A stretch of 48,266 nt of DNA from a virus (IMGVR_UViG_3300009180_002437), one strand, 5' to 3'; positions 23,832 to 32,715 are shown, counted from the stretch's first letter. Translations and numbers: made by a program. The notes: generated from the sequence alone by a model not told the origin.

Positions 23832-23907
23832 TGGCCAGTAGCTCAGTTGGTAGAGCAACAGACTGTTAATCTGTGGGTCGGTGGATCGTGCCCACCCTGG
23901 CCAGCCA
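23832..23907 (+). tRNA. tRNA-Asn (GTT)
   Basis: ACAGA-CTGTTAA-TCTGT; T-loop ATCGTGC; G73; CCA. Confidence 0.9.
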
Positions 23908-23924
23908 TTAAAAAAAGGTAGTAT

Positions 23925-24038
23925 ATGAGAAAACTTATCAATTGGCTGTTAACGCCATATCATAGATACAAAGAAAAACAAGCATTTAAGAAACGGCTTA
24001 AAGAATTACGAGACCAAGATCCGTTTATTTACAAATGA
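23925..24038 (+). CDS. small hypothetical protein (37 aa)
   Basis: MRKLINWLLTPYHRYKEKQAFKKRLKELRDQDPFIYK*, AGGT RBS, ATGA-coupled to the next gene. Confidence 0.7.
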   Translation: MRKLINWLLTPYHRYKEKQAFKKRLKELRDQDPFIYK

Positions 24039-24940
24039 AATACTGGGGAATCAACGCTCTTAATCATGGTAGTAGTATTGCCGTTTTTAACGACAATACA
24101 TATACACAATACACATATAATAGTGATACACTAAGTATCGGAGAAATACATGATTTGTTTCGTAAACACGGCGAACCAGATCATATTTTTTGGTATGAAC
24201 GGCCTTGGATAAAGAAAGCTAGACAACTTTATGCTGGGCAATATAAAACGGCATTTGATACATCAACAATTCCAAGATTTCAACTTGCTAAGTGGGATTT
24301 AGGACATATTCCAGTTACATACACTCCGCATCATGCTAGTCATGCTGCTGCTGGATACTACACAAGCCCATATGACGAATGCGCGGTGATAGTATTGGAT
24401 GCAATAGGTGAGTTTGAGTCAGCAACGATCTGGCATGGTAGTGACAATCAACTAAAGAAAGTATGGAGTCGCAGTTACCCAAATAGTCTAGGACTGTTCT
24501 ATAGTGCCTTTACCCACCTATGCGGATTCACGCCTGTACAAGACGAAGGCAAATTAGAAAAGTTAAGCGCCGAAGGTGACCCTGCGCAATACTATGACAC
24601 AGTGAAAGATTACATAGGAAGCGATCTTATACTTACCCGAAATTTACATCGTGGTGTTAGAGATTGGCCATATGAAATCGAAGACGAACAAGATATCAAA
24701 GATATAGCGGCTGCGGTACAGAGAGTATTTGAGGAAGAGATAAGTGGGATAGTCGGCATGGCCCGATGGTTTATCAATTCCGATAACTTAGTATTCATGG
24801 GTGGATGTGCTATGAATCGGGGTGCTAGAAAAATGATTGACTACGCAAAAGTGTGGACACTACCTAATCCAGGTGATCCAAGTAGTAGTATCGGAGCCGT
24901 GGCTTATCATACCAAACAAAAAGTAAAGGAACAAAAATGA
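24035..24940 (+). CDS. carbamoyltransferase (NodU/CmcH family), N-terminal Kae1-like domain
   Basis: HHASHAAAGYYTSP, DAIGEFES, SLGLFYSAFT, EGKL, GGCAMN, GDPSSSIGA. Confidence 0.8.
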   Translation: MKYWGINALNHGSSIAVFNDNTYTQYTYNSDTLSIGEIHDLFRKHGEPDHIFWYERPWIKKARQLYAGQYKTAFDTSTIPRFQLAKWDLGHIPVTYTPHHASHAAAGYYTSPYDECAVIVLDAIGEFESATIWHGSDNQLKKVWSRSYPNSLGLFYSAFTHLCGFTPVQDEGKLEKLSAEGDPAQYYDTVKDYIGSDLILTRNLHRGVRDWPYEIEDEQDIKDIAAAVQRVFEEEISGIVGMARWFINSDNLVFMGGCAMNRGARKMIDYAKVWTLPNPGDPSSSIGAVAYHTKQKVKEQK

Positions 24941-25101
24941 GCAAAACATCAGACTTACTTAAACAAGCATTGGACAAGAAACGTGGCATCCATCACATGG
25001 AACCCGATGGTACCCCCGTAGTGGAAAAGAAAGCCAAAAAGGCACCCGCGATGACTCCGGGCAAAAAACCTCCCACTAGATCCGCCGGACGTGGTAGATA
25101 A
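24937..25101 (+). CDS. small basic hypothetical protein (54 aa)
   Basis: MSKTSDLLKQALDKK...TRSAGRGR*, ATGA coupling, AAGGA RBS. Confidence 0.65.
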   Translation: MSKTSDLLKQALDKKRGIHHMEPDGTPVVEKKAKKAPAMTPGKKPPTRSAGRGR

Positions 25102-25115
25102 CTGACATTTTGTTG

Positions 25116-25144
25116 TTGACAATTAAAAAGTCGTAAATTATAAT
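25116..25144 (+). promoter_or_regulatory. sigma70-type promoter
   Basis: TTGACA-N17-TATAAT. Confidence 0.85.
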
Positions 25145-25205
25145 AGCTTTACACTAGTAAATTAGTTAATTTTTGTAGTCTAAACTTTTTAAGGAAATAC
25201 AGCCA

Positions 25206-26291
25206 ATGTCAGAATCTCGACAAGTAACAACAGTCCAAGCCCGCCGCTCATTGCTCAAGGCTTTTAAACATCAACGCCCACTGTTCTTGTGGGGACCTCC
25301 TGGTATCGGTAAATCAGAATTGGTAGCCGATATCACCGCAGAATTGGGCGGGTATATGATTGACCTACGCTTAGGTCAAATGGAACCAACAGATATTCGT
25401 GGTATCCCGTTTTATAATCGCGACAATGGTAAAATGGATTGGGCTCCGCCAATTGATTTGCCCGACGAGGAATTAGCAGAACAATATCCTATCATCGTAT
25501 TGTTCTTGGACGAGATGAACTCTGCTCCGCCTAGCGTACAATCAGCTGCATATCAGTTGATTCTTAATCGACGTGTGGGCAAATATAAACTGCCAAAGAA
25601 TGTTGTTATGGTAGCTGCTGGTAACCGCGAAAGTGACAAAGGTGTTACTTACCGCATGCCTACTCCGTTGTCAAATCGTTTCCTGCATCAAGAATTAAAG
25701 GTGGATTTCGATTCCTGGCAAGATTGGGCAGTTATGCATAACATCCATAAAGATGTTATTGGTTTCCTAGGTTCCAACAAACAGGATCTGCATGAGCGTG
25801 ATATTAAATCAGCTAGCCGTGCTTTCCCTACTCCACGTAGCTGGTTCTTTGTAAGTGAACTATTGTCAGATGAAGATGGTGATGAAGAAACATTGCTTAA
25901 CCTGATTTCAGGTACAGTTGGGGAAGGACTTGCTATTAAGTTTAACGCTCACCGTAAGATTTCTGGTCGTATGCCCAAGCCTGAAGATATCTTGTCAGGT
26001 AAAGTTACAACCCTTGATGTTAAGGAAATTTCAGCTATGTACTCATTGGTTATTTCTATGTGTTACGAGTTGAAAGATGCAATGGAGAAGAAAGTAAGTG
26101 ACAAAGAGTTTCACACAATGTCCGATCACTTCTTTGCCTACATGATGAAGAACTTTGAACAAGAACTGGTTATTATGGGTGCTCGTATAGCTCTTACCGT
26201 ATATGACTTACCATTCCAACCAACTAAGTTGAAGAATTTCGACGAGTTCCATAAGAAATACGGAAGGTACATTCTTAACGCTTCAGCTTAG
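25206..26291 (+). CDS. MoxR-like AAA+ ATPase
   Basis: GPPGIGKS, LFLDEMNSA, AAGNR, PLSNRF, FPTPRSW. Confidence 0.9.
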   Translation: MSESRQVTTVQARRSLLKAFKHQRPLFLWGPPGIGKSELVADITAELGGYMIDLRLGQMEPTDIRGIPFYNRDNGKMDWAPPIDLPDEELAEQYPIIVLFLDEMNSAPPSVQSAAYQLILNRRVGKYKLPKNVVMVAAGNRESDKGVTYRMPTPLSNRFLHQELKVDFDSWQDWAVMHNIHKDVIGFLGSNKQDLHERDIKSASRAFPTPRSWFFVSELLSDEDGDEETLLNLISGTVGEGLAIKFNAHRKISGRMPKPEDILSGKVTTLDVKEISAMYSLVISMCYELKDAMEKKVSDKEFHTMSDHFFAYMMKNFEQELVIMGARIALTVYDLPFQPTKLKNFDEFHKKYGRYILNASA

Positions 26292-26357
26292 GCGTAACGG
26301 CTGTGCGGTAGTACAGGGCTGTGTTCTCACAGCCCACCAACTTATTATAAAGAAAAC

Positions 26358-27113
26358 ATGAACTTAATACCCACTAAAGTAGTTAATTCCACATACGGCC
26401 CTATGATTATTAATGCTAATGATCAATATATTGGACGTAGTATTGAGCAATCTGGTTTTTGGGGGCAAGATGAAATTGACCTAATCAAGTCAATTATAGA
26501 TGTACTACTTTTGGAAAAGTCCTGTATTAAATTTTATGACATTGGCGCAAATATCGGTACGCATACTGTGGCAATGTCAAAACTTTTTGGAGATAAGATC
26601 TCCATTAGATCATTTGAAGCACAACGACAGGTTTATTATATGTTATGTGGCAATGTAGCCATTAATGGACTTACAAATGTTGAGTGCGTACATGCTGCGG
26701 TTTGTGATGATAGCGATAATACTATCAAAATTGACTTGCCTGACTATCATCTGCCCAATAACTTTGGTGGATTGGAGTTGATGGCGCCCCGTATCTCAGA
26801 CAATCAATACATGACCAAAACTGGCAGTGAAACAGTTAATTGCGTTACAATAGATAGCTTTGATGAAGCTGTTGACTTTATCAAAATGGATATTGAAGGA
26901 ATGGAGCACATGGCGTTAGTTGGAGGCATTGAAACACTGACAAAACATCGTCCTATTTGCTTTTTAGAAATGTATAAGACTGATACTGATAGAGTAAAAC
27001 AAATCTTTAAGAATATGAAATATGTAGCATACACGCATACGCATGATAACTGGATATTCCTTCCATCAGAAACCAATGTTGCCATAAACAACGCTAACAA
27101 AATTGATCTGTAA
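26358..27113 (+). CDS. FkbM family methyltransferase
   Basis: DIGANIGTHT, SFEAQ, FIKMDIEGME. Confidence 0.9.
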   Translation: MNLIPTKVVNSTYGPMIINANDQYIGRSIEQSGFWGQDEIDLIKSIIDVLLLEKSCIKFYDIGANIGTHTVAMSKLFGDKISIRSFEAQRQVYYMLCGNVAINGLTNVECVHAAVCDDSDNTIKIDLPDYHLPNNFGGLELMAPRISDNQYMTKTGSETVNCVTIDSFDEAVDFIKMDIEGMEHMALVGGIETLTKHRPICFLEMYKTDTDRVKQIFKNMKYVAYTHTHDNWIFLPSETNVAINNANKIDL

Positions 27114-27373
27114 TGAAATACACGTTTCACCGTACAAAAGACCATAGACACTTTAAATATGGTATACAAGTTCTCACCATGATAGATTTCCATAATACAC
27201 GGAAATGGTTGGTAGAAAGTTATGGGTACGGAGTTGATATTGACAAATTAGAATCTCTGGACGGTGTCGATAAAGAAATACGATGGGGGTATGTTCTTAG
27301 ATACCTAACGTATATGTTTTACTTACGAAATGATGAAGAGTTTGCTTGGTTTAGGTTAAAGTTTCAAGAATGA
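27113..27373 (+). CDS. small hypothetical protein (F-x-L-K-aromatic C-terminal family)
   Basis: Coupled ORF ending FAWFRLKFQE. Confidence 0.7.
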   Translation: MKYTFHRTKDHRHFKYGIQVLTMIDFHNTRKWLVESYGYGVDIDKLESLDGVDKEIRWGYVLRYLTYMFYLRNDEEFAWFRLKFQE

Positions 27374-27615
27374 TACAAAGACTGGATCCATCAGCTCGGT
27401 TAAGCACCAATAGGTTTCAACTTATGAATAACCCCATGGACTCAGATAAATGTCTGCTGGTGGTTGATTACATGTGGTGGGCAGATAACGAAAGAGAAAT
27501 AATGAACTGGATGCAGGAACGATTACCGCGGGGTATTGAACATCTGGAAGGTATGGTGCTGGTATTTGAAAATGATTTTGATCGTTTAAACTTTTTAATG
27601 AAATGGGGGCCGTGA
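27370..27615 (+). CDS. small hypothetical protein (same family)
   Basis: Ends RLNFLMKWGP. Confidence 0.7.
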   Translation: MIQRLDPSARLSTNRFQLMNNPMDSDKCLLVVDYMWWADNEREIMNWMQERLPRGIEHLEGMVLVFENDFDRLNFLMKWGP

Positions 27616-28001
27616 TGATTCGAGATTTAGAAGAAGATATAAAGAATGATCCTGCGATAATGGCTAAGGTACAGGACGAGGTATACGCACAGAATTTATA
27701 CGCCGCCATGTGTAACATGCGCTGGCAACCACACGAAGTGTGGAGTGTACTCAAAGATGAATACTGGTCATGTAGCTGGCGTAGTGCCGGTGGAATTGTC
27801 GCCGATCTGCGTGATTGCGGAGAGGGTTATATGGACTGGTATTGTAGCGGAATTGTTGGAGACGATCTACCAGCCGATCACAGAGCGCACAAATATGTCC
27901 CGGAGGGTGAGGTCACTGATGAAATCCTAGCGGATCTTGCTCGGCTAGGATGGCGGCCATCGCCTTATCCAAGGGATAAGACTGGCGTATTGCTTTTATG
28001 A
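27612..28001 (+). CDS. conserved phage hypothetical protein
   Basis: YAQNLYAAMCN...SWRSAGGIVADL...YMDWYCSG...VPEGEVTDEI; start uncertain (27603/27612/27615). Confidence 0.75.
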   Translation: MMIRDLEEDIKNDPAIMAKVQDEVYAQNLYAAMCNMRWQPHEVWSVLKDEYWSCSWRSAGGIVADLRDCGEGYMDWYCSGIVGDDLPADHRAHKYVPEGEVTDEILADLARLGWRPSPYPRDKTGVLLL

Positions 28002-28270
28002 AAGACGATTTCTATAACTCCGCGGCGGCAAGATTAGATACTGTAATGGGTAGAAATGCTTATTGGCTACGGTTAAAATCTGCCAAGGTTGAATACCACA
28101 ATATGCTAGCACATAACCCATATGATCCCACTTTGCCTAGCTTCAAACAATACATGCGTGATGTATATGGAGTTGAAATGGAAGCAGATGCGCAAGGCTT
28201 TACTTTACCAACATACACTATTGTAGATGAACAAAAGCATCTTATTTTTTTACTAAAACATAGCAAATAA
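27998..28270 (+). CDS. small hypothetical protein (same family)
   Basis: Ends HLIFLLKHSK. Confidence 0.7.
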   Translation: MKDDFYNSAAARLDTVMGRNAYWLRLKSAKVEYHNMLAHNPYDPTLPSFKQYMRDVYGVEMEADAQGFTLPTYTIVDEQKHLIFLLKHSK

Positions 28271-28545
28271 TGAAAATTAAAGTTAAATCGAATCTTATTA
28301 TCTTCGAAAGTGTTGGAGATTGGGCATATGTTCGAGAGAAGATCAAACAAAATTACGGGCAAACTATATTTGCTATCTCCTGGAGACTTAAACGTGAGCT
28401 TGGATTTACTGTTAGGTATCACAAAGAACTCAAACAGTACCATAACAGTGATATATGTCATTATCAAACACAAGTTCATCTTGATTTTTTTAACGAAGCA
28501 AACCAATCCTGGTTTATGCTCAAATATATCAATATAGAAGATTAA
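28270..28545 (+). CDS. small hypothetical protein (same family)
   Basis: Ends QSWFMLKYINIED. Confidence 0.7.
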   Translation: MKIKVKSNLIIFESVGDWAYVREKIKQNYGQTIFAISWRLKRELGFTVRYHKELKQYHNSDICHYQTQVHLDFFNEANQSWFMLKYINIED

Positions 28546-28548
28546 ATT

Positions 28549-28836
28549 ATGTCATATGAAGTTACAAAGTTGGATCGAAGATTTAAAGGGTACAACGATT
28601 TTAAATACGCTATTGACCCCGTATGGGAGCCACCAAGTCCCATGCAGGTAACATATGATAGAAGTTTTATTACTCTTAGATCATGGTGTTGGGCAACTTG
28701 GGGGCCATCTCTCGAAATGTACCTATCTGAATACAATAATCCACATTGGGTGTGGGATTCGGAAAATAATCGGCGTCGAATTTACCTACGTGGTGACGAA
28801 GAATTAATGTTGTTCCGTTTAAAATTTGTCAGTTGA
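28549..28836 (+). CDS. small hypothetical protein (same family)
   Basis: Ends ELMLFRLKFVS. Confidence 0.7.
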   Translation: MSYEVTKLDRRFKGYNDFKYAIDPVWEPPSPMQVTYDRSFITLRSWCWATWGPSLEMYLSEYNNPHWVWDSENNRRRIYLRGDEELMLFRLKFVS

Positions 28837-28861
28837 CAATTAAATCGCAAAATAATATAAT
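28833..28861 (+). promoter_or_regulatory. sigma70-type promoter
   Basis: TTGACA-N17-TATAAT. Confidence 0.85.
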
Positions 28862-28890
28862 ACATGTATACTAACGCTAAAGGATAGCAT

Positions 28891-30159
28891 ATGGCTACGT
28901 CAGGAACTACCACAAATAAACAAGAAAGTGACAAATTTAAAGACCTATTGGGACCTATGGATCCCAAATTGGATTCACTAGTCCGTGAAAAACTTATTAC
29001 AGCACGGGTTGGACTACTATTACGTGCCAGCTTTTTTGGCAACCTAGCTACTCGCCTTAAACTGGTGAACGCAGATGAATGGCTTACGACTGCTGCTACA
29101 GATGGGCGTAACTTTTACTACAATAGCCGCTTCATTGATATGTTGCGTCCCAAGGAAATTGAATTCTTATTTGGGCACGAAGTGTTGCATTGTGTATACG
29201 ATCACATGGGTCGGCGAGCTGACCGTGATCCACAATTATGGAACATTGCAGATGACTATTGTGTAAACTCTGACTTGATCAAACACCGTGTAGGCGAAAA
29301 GATCACCACAGTACCCTGCTTATACGATCCCAAGTACGATGGTATGTGTGCCGAAGAAGTATATGATATCTTATACAAGAACGTTAAGAAGATTAATCTG
29401 CAAGACCTAATTGATCAATTACTGGACGATCACTTAGATGGCGAAGGTTCCGGTGACGGTTCTGGTGAAGATGGTAAGGGTCCGAAGAAACTGACCCAAG
29501 CTGAGAAAGACGCTATCCGCGATGAAATCAAGGAAGCTGTGTTATCTGCGGCCGCAGCCACAAACGATGCAGGTAATATTCCAGCAGGTATTCGACGGAT
29601 GATCCAGGATTTAACTGAACCCAAGATGAATTGGCGTGAGCTAATCCGTATGCAACTTGAGTCTACTATTAAATCGGATTTTACTTGGATGCGCACTAGC
29701 CGTAAAGGTTGGGATATGGATGCAGTAATGCCGGGTATGAAACTAGATCCTATGATTGATATTGCTATTAGCATTGACGCATCTGGATCAATCAGTCATA
29801 AAATGCTTAAAGACTTCTTGGGTGAAGTACAGGGCATTATGGATTCGTTCCCCGCATTTAGAATTCATATTGTAACCTTTGACACTGAAACTTACAATCC
29901 ACAACAGTACAACAGCGATAACCTGGATACTATTTGTGACTATGAGATTAAAGGCGGAGGTGGTACAGATTTTGATTGCGTATTTAATTATTTCAAACGT
30001 GAAGAAATTGAACCCAAGCGTCATATTATGTTTACAGATGGATACCCCTGTGGTAGTTGGGGTGATGAATTGTACTGTGATACTGTGTTTATTATTCATG
30101 GTAACGACAGCATTGAGCCCCCATTTGGGCAATGGGCATATTACGAGGAGGATGCATAA
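28891..30159 (+). CDS. DUF2201-type metallopeptidase + VWA domain protein (MoxR partner)
   Basis: TAATDG...HEVLH...WNIADD, Gly-rich linker, MIDAS-like DASGS and GGGGTDF. Confidence 0.85.
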   Translation: MATSGTTTNKQESDKFKDLLGPMDPKLDSLVREKLITARVGLLLRASFFGNLATRLKLVNADEWLTTAATDGRNFYYNSRFIDMLRPKEIEFLFGHEVLHCVYDHMGRRADRDPQLWNIADDYCVNSDLIKHRVGEKITTVPCLYDPKYDGMCAEEVYDILYKNVKKINLQDLIDQLLDDHLDGEGSGDGSGEDGKGPKKLTQAEKDAIRDEIKEAVLSAAAATNDAGNIPAGIRRMIQDLTEPKMNWRELIRMQLESTIKSDFTWMRTSRKGWDMDAVMPGMKLDPMIDIAISIDASGSISHKMLKDFLGEVQGIMDSFPAFRIHIVTFDTETYNPQQYNSDNLDTICDYEIKGGGGTDFDCVFNYFKREEIEPKRHIMFTDGYPCGSWGDELYCDTVFIIHGNDSIEPPFGQWAYYEEDA

Positions 30160-30473
30160 TGTTTGGATTTTTCAACAAAACACCTTATCTCTCGCCCACT
30201 CCAACTGCGGAGGTTATTCCAACTGTGGAGGTTGTTAAGGCGCCAAGGAAAGATGAGTCAGCGCACTACACTATTGGAATAACATCCGATGGTCGTACCC
30301 AAGTCACTTTTGGGCAAGATAGCACCATGAAAAACACACTAATAATGGGTGATGGTGCTGTGGCACGTATGATTCAACTGTTGGCTGTTAATATCTCTGA
30401 CAACTTTGTAGTTACAGTAACTCCGGTAGTACAGGATAACCAATCAGAAGAAACGACAGGAGAAGTAGATTGA
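30159..30473 (+). CDS. hypothetical protein
   Basis: MFGFFNK start overlapping the upstream TAA; GAGGAGG RBS. Confidence 0.7.
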   Translation: MFGFFNKTPYLSPTPTAEVIPTVEVVKAPRKDESAHYTIGITSDGRTQVTFGQDSTMKNTLIMGDGAVARMIQLLAVNISDNFVVTVTPVVQDNQSEETTGEVD

Positions 30474-30652
30474 GTTTTGGACAAGATCAGGACGGATATC
30501 CTACGCTCACAGTAACCGCTGACCACATAGCACATATGATTCGATTTCTTGCAGTTAGCATATCCGAACACTATGTAATTACCGTAACTCCGGTTACCCA
30601 AAAACCTGTAGATAATTTAGACCCTAGTGATTTAGATACTGACGCAATTTAG
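30470..30652 (+). CDS. hypothetical protein, partial paralog of the upstream gene (TTG start)
   Basis: FGQD...MI..LAV.IS....TVTPV shared with 30159-30473. Confidence 0.55.
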   Translation: MSFGQDQDGYPTLTVTADHIAHMIRFLAVSISEHYVITVTPVTQKPVDNLDPSDLDTDAI

Positions 30653-30688
30653 TGTGTTGAATAAGTAAATTACTGGGCCAATGTTACC

Positions 30689-30715
30689 AAAATGCCCCTT
30701 AACTGGGGCATTTTT
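30689..30715 (+). terminator. intrinsic (possibly bidirectional) terminator
   Basis: AAAATGCCCC-TTAACT-GGGGCATTTT + T. Confidence 0.85.
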
Positions 30716-30751
30716 ATTTTTGGTTAGGTAATTTCTTTATTAAATATCAAC

Positions 30752-30991
30752 ATGGAAAACACAACTCAACCTCAACCAATTACCGTAGCAGATCTTGATG
30801 CACTTAGAGCTATCGTTAATCTTGCAGCTACCCGTGGTGCATTTCAGGGAGCAGAATTATCACAAGTTGGAGCAGTCTATGACAAGCTCACAGCTTTTCT
30901 TATCGCAGCATTGGCAGAAGCACAGTCTGCTGCTGACGTAAGTGAAAAAAATATCGCCGAGCCAACTGGCGATACAACACAAGGAGTATAA
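30752..30991 (+). CDS. conserved phage hypothetical protein
   Basis: 79-aa ORF 5 nt after TAAATA. Confidence 0.8.
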   Translation: MENTTQPQPITVADLDALRAIVNLAATRGAFQGAELSQVGAVYDKLTAFLIAALAEAQSAADVSEKNIAEPTGDTTQGV

Positions 30992-30992
30992 C

Positions 30993-31751
30993 ATGGCACA
31001 AATGATTAAACATGTAGGAAAGCACGGAGATCGTAAAGTATTGGTACTATATCGTGAAGTACCAAATGAAGAACACATGTGTTTAGTAATCTATCCAGAA
31101 GTGCTAAACGCAACATGGCAAGATGCTATTCAACGAGTAGTGGAAAGTCCAGTAGGTCAAAATGAAAATAGTTTAGCCAATGCTTTGCATCGTTCATTAC
31201 TTCCAGATGGTCGTCCTATTCTTGAAACATTACACAGCGAGCGTATGATTAAGAAAATTCGCTGCGCTGATGTTTTAATTACTCCGGGCGGTACTGCTTC
31301 TGTTCGTCTAGATGAAATGAACAAGATGGTCAATGAAATGAACAAAGGCGAAGAAGCTCGCAAAAAAATGGAAGAGAACGAAGCATCACGTGGAATGGTT
31401 GATCCATCAGTTAAACGTGCAGCCGAAGCTCGCTATAAAGATGAACAACTGGCCAAACAAACAGCGGCACAAAATCGTTATATTGATCCAGTTGAAACCT
31501 TCGTTGCACCAGCAGACGGTGTGTTAAGTGATCGCGCTATAGCAGCTAATATGGTGGCTCAGGCCAAACGCATGGAACAAGAAGCAAACTCTATGATCGC
31601 CGAAGCTTCGCGTATGAAAAAGGATGCTGAACGTATGGTGCCTGGCGTTAACCCAGCAGAAGCTACCTGGACTCCTCCAGTAGCCGAAGCACCAAAACGT
31701 CGCGGTCGTCCACCTAAGGCAGAATCTGCGGTGAGTGATGCAACCAACTGA
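30993..31751 (+). CDS. conserved phage hypothetical protein (coiled-coil, C-terminal KRRGRPPK AT-hook-like motif)
   Basis: Start MAQMIKHVG after an AAGGAG RBS. Confidence 0.8.
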   Translation: MAQMIKHVGKHGDRKVLVLYREVPNEEHMCLVIYPEVLNATWQDAIQRVVESPVGQNENSLANALHRSLLPDGRPILETLHSERMIKKIRCADVLITPGGTASVRLDEMNKMVNEMNKGEEARKKMEENEASRGMVDPSVKRAAEARYKDEQLAKQTAAQNRYIDPVETFVAPADGVLSDRAIAANMVAQAKRMEQEANSMIAEASRMKKDAERMVPGVNPAEATWTPPVAEAPKRRGRPPKAESAVSDATN

Positions 31752-32040
31752 TCGGTTGATGGAACAGTGGGAAAGTATTGTTGCGGAAGTAAACAAAACA
31801 GACGTCCCACTGGAGTGTATTAAAAAAATTGTATTCAAGTTGACCAGTGGTCGACAACGTACAATCAATATACATACACTCATCAAACAGGGATTAAACC
31901 TCGAAGACCTTGAACAAGTGGTCAATAGAACATTTGGTGAATTGGATACAGAAATCAAGGACGTCGAGTTTATAGTCGACATCAAAAGTGTAGCAGCGTT
32001 AGTACAACCCGAAACAGATAAACTATTAGGAAAACTGTGA
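31735..32040 (+). CDS. hypothetical protein
   Basis: 101-aa coupled ORF. Confidence 0.75.
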   Translation: MMQPTDRLMEQWESIVAEVNKTDVPLECIKKIVFKLTSGRQRTINIHTLIKQGLNLEDLEQVVNRTFGELDTEIKDVEFIVDIKSVAALVQPETDKLLGKL

Positions 32041-32714
32041 AAGTAACATTGGTATCATCAAGCCAGCCCAGTCAGGAACTAGTTAACCAGGGTATCTTTA
32101 ACGCCCAAGAACTAGTTGCTTACTGTGCCAGAGTTAGCAATCCTGCTAATCAAAATAACACAGACACCAGCGAAAAACTTATTCGCTACCTTATTAAACA
32201 CAATCACTGGTCACCTCTTGAGATGGTCAGTGCTTGTTTAGAAATTGAAGTAACTCGTGATATTGCTCGTCAAATATTGCGTCATCGTAGTTTTAGTTTT
32301 CAGGAATTTAGTCAACGATACGCTGTAGCTGACCTAGGCTGGGAATTTAAAGAAACACGTTTACAAGATACCAAAAACCGTCAGAATAGTATTGCATTAT
32401 CCGGAGCATCACTTACAGAACAAAACCTAATGGAACAATGGAAATGGAAACAGGAGGAAGTTATTTCTGCTGTGGAACATTCTTATAATTGGGCTATTAC
32501 AAATGGTATTGCCAAGGAACAAGCTCGTGCTGTATTACCAGAGGGACTTACCCTTAGCAGATTGTATATGCAAGGTACATTACGTAGCTGGTTGCACTAC
32601 ATAGAGCTTCGTAGCGGGCCTGAAACACAAAAAGAGCATAGACTAGTAGCCCAAGCCTGTGCAGCAGCGATAGAACCTGTATTCCCCATGATAACCGAAT
32701 TCCTGGTAGTTTAA
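32037..32714 (+). CDS. thyX: flavin-dependent thymidylate synthase
   Basis: HWSPLEM, RQILRHRSFSFQEFSQRY, ARAVLP, TQKEHR; GTG start. Confidence 0.95.
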   Translation: MKVTLVSSSQPSQELVNQGIFNAQELVAYCARVSNPANQNNTDTSEKLIRYLIKHNHWSPLEMVSACLEIEVTRDIARQILRHRSFSFQEFSQRYAVADLGWEFKETRLQDTKNRQNSIALSGASLTEQNLMEQWKWKQEEVISAVEHSYNWAITNGIAKEQARAVLPEGLTLSRLYMQGTLRSWLHYIELRSGPETQKEHRLVAQACAAAIEPVFPMITEFLVV

Positions 32715-32715
32715 T

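Noticed and set aside
23925-24038. Possible frameshift in the small ORF before the carbamoyltransferase
   Set aside because: Careful re-reading shows a single intact 37-codon frame ending at the ATGA overlap.
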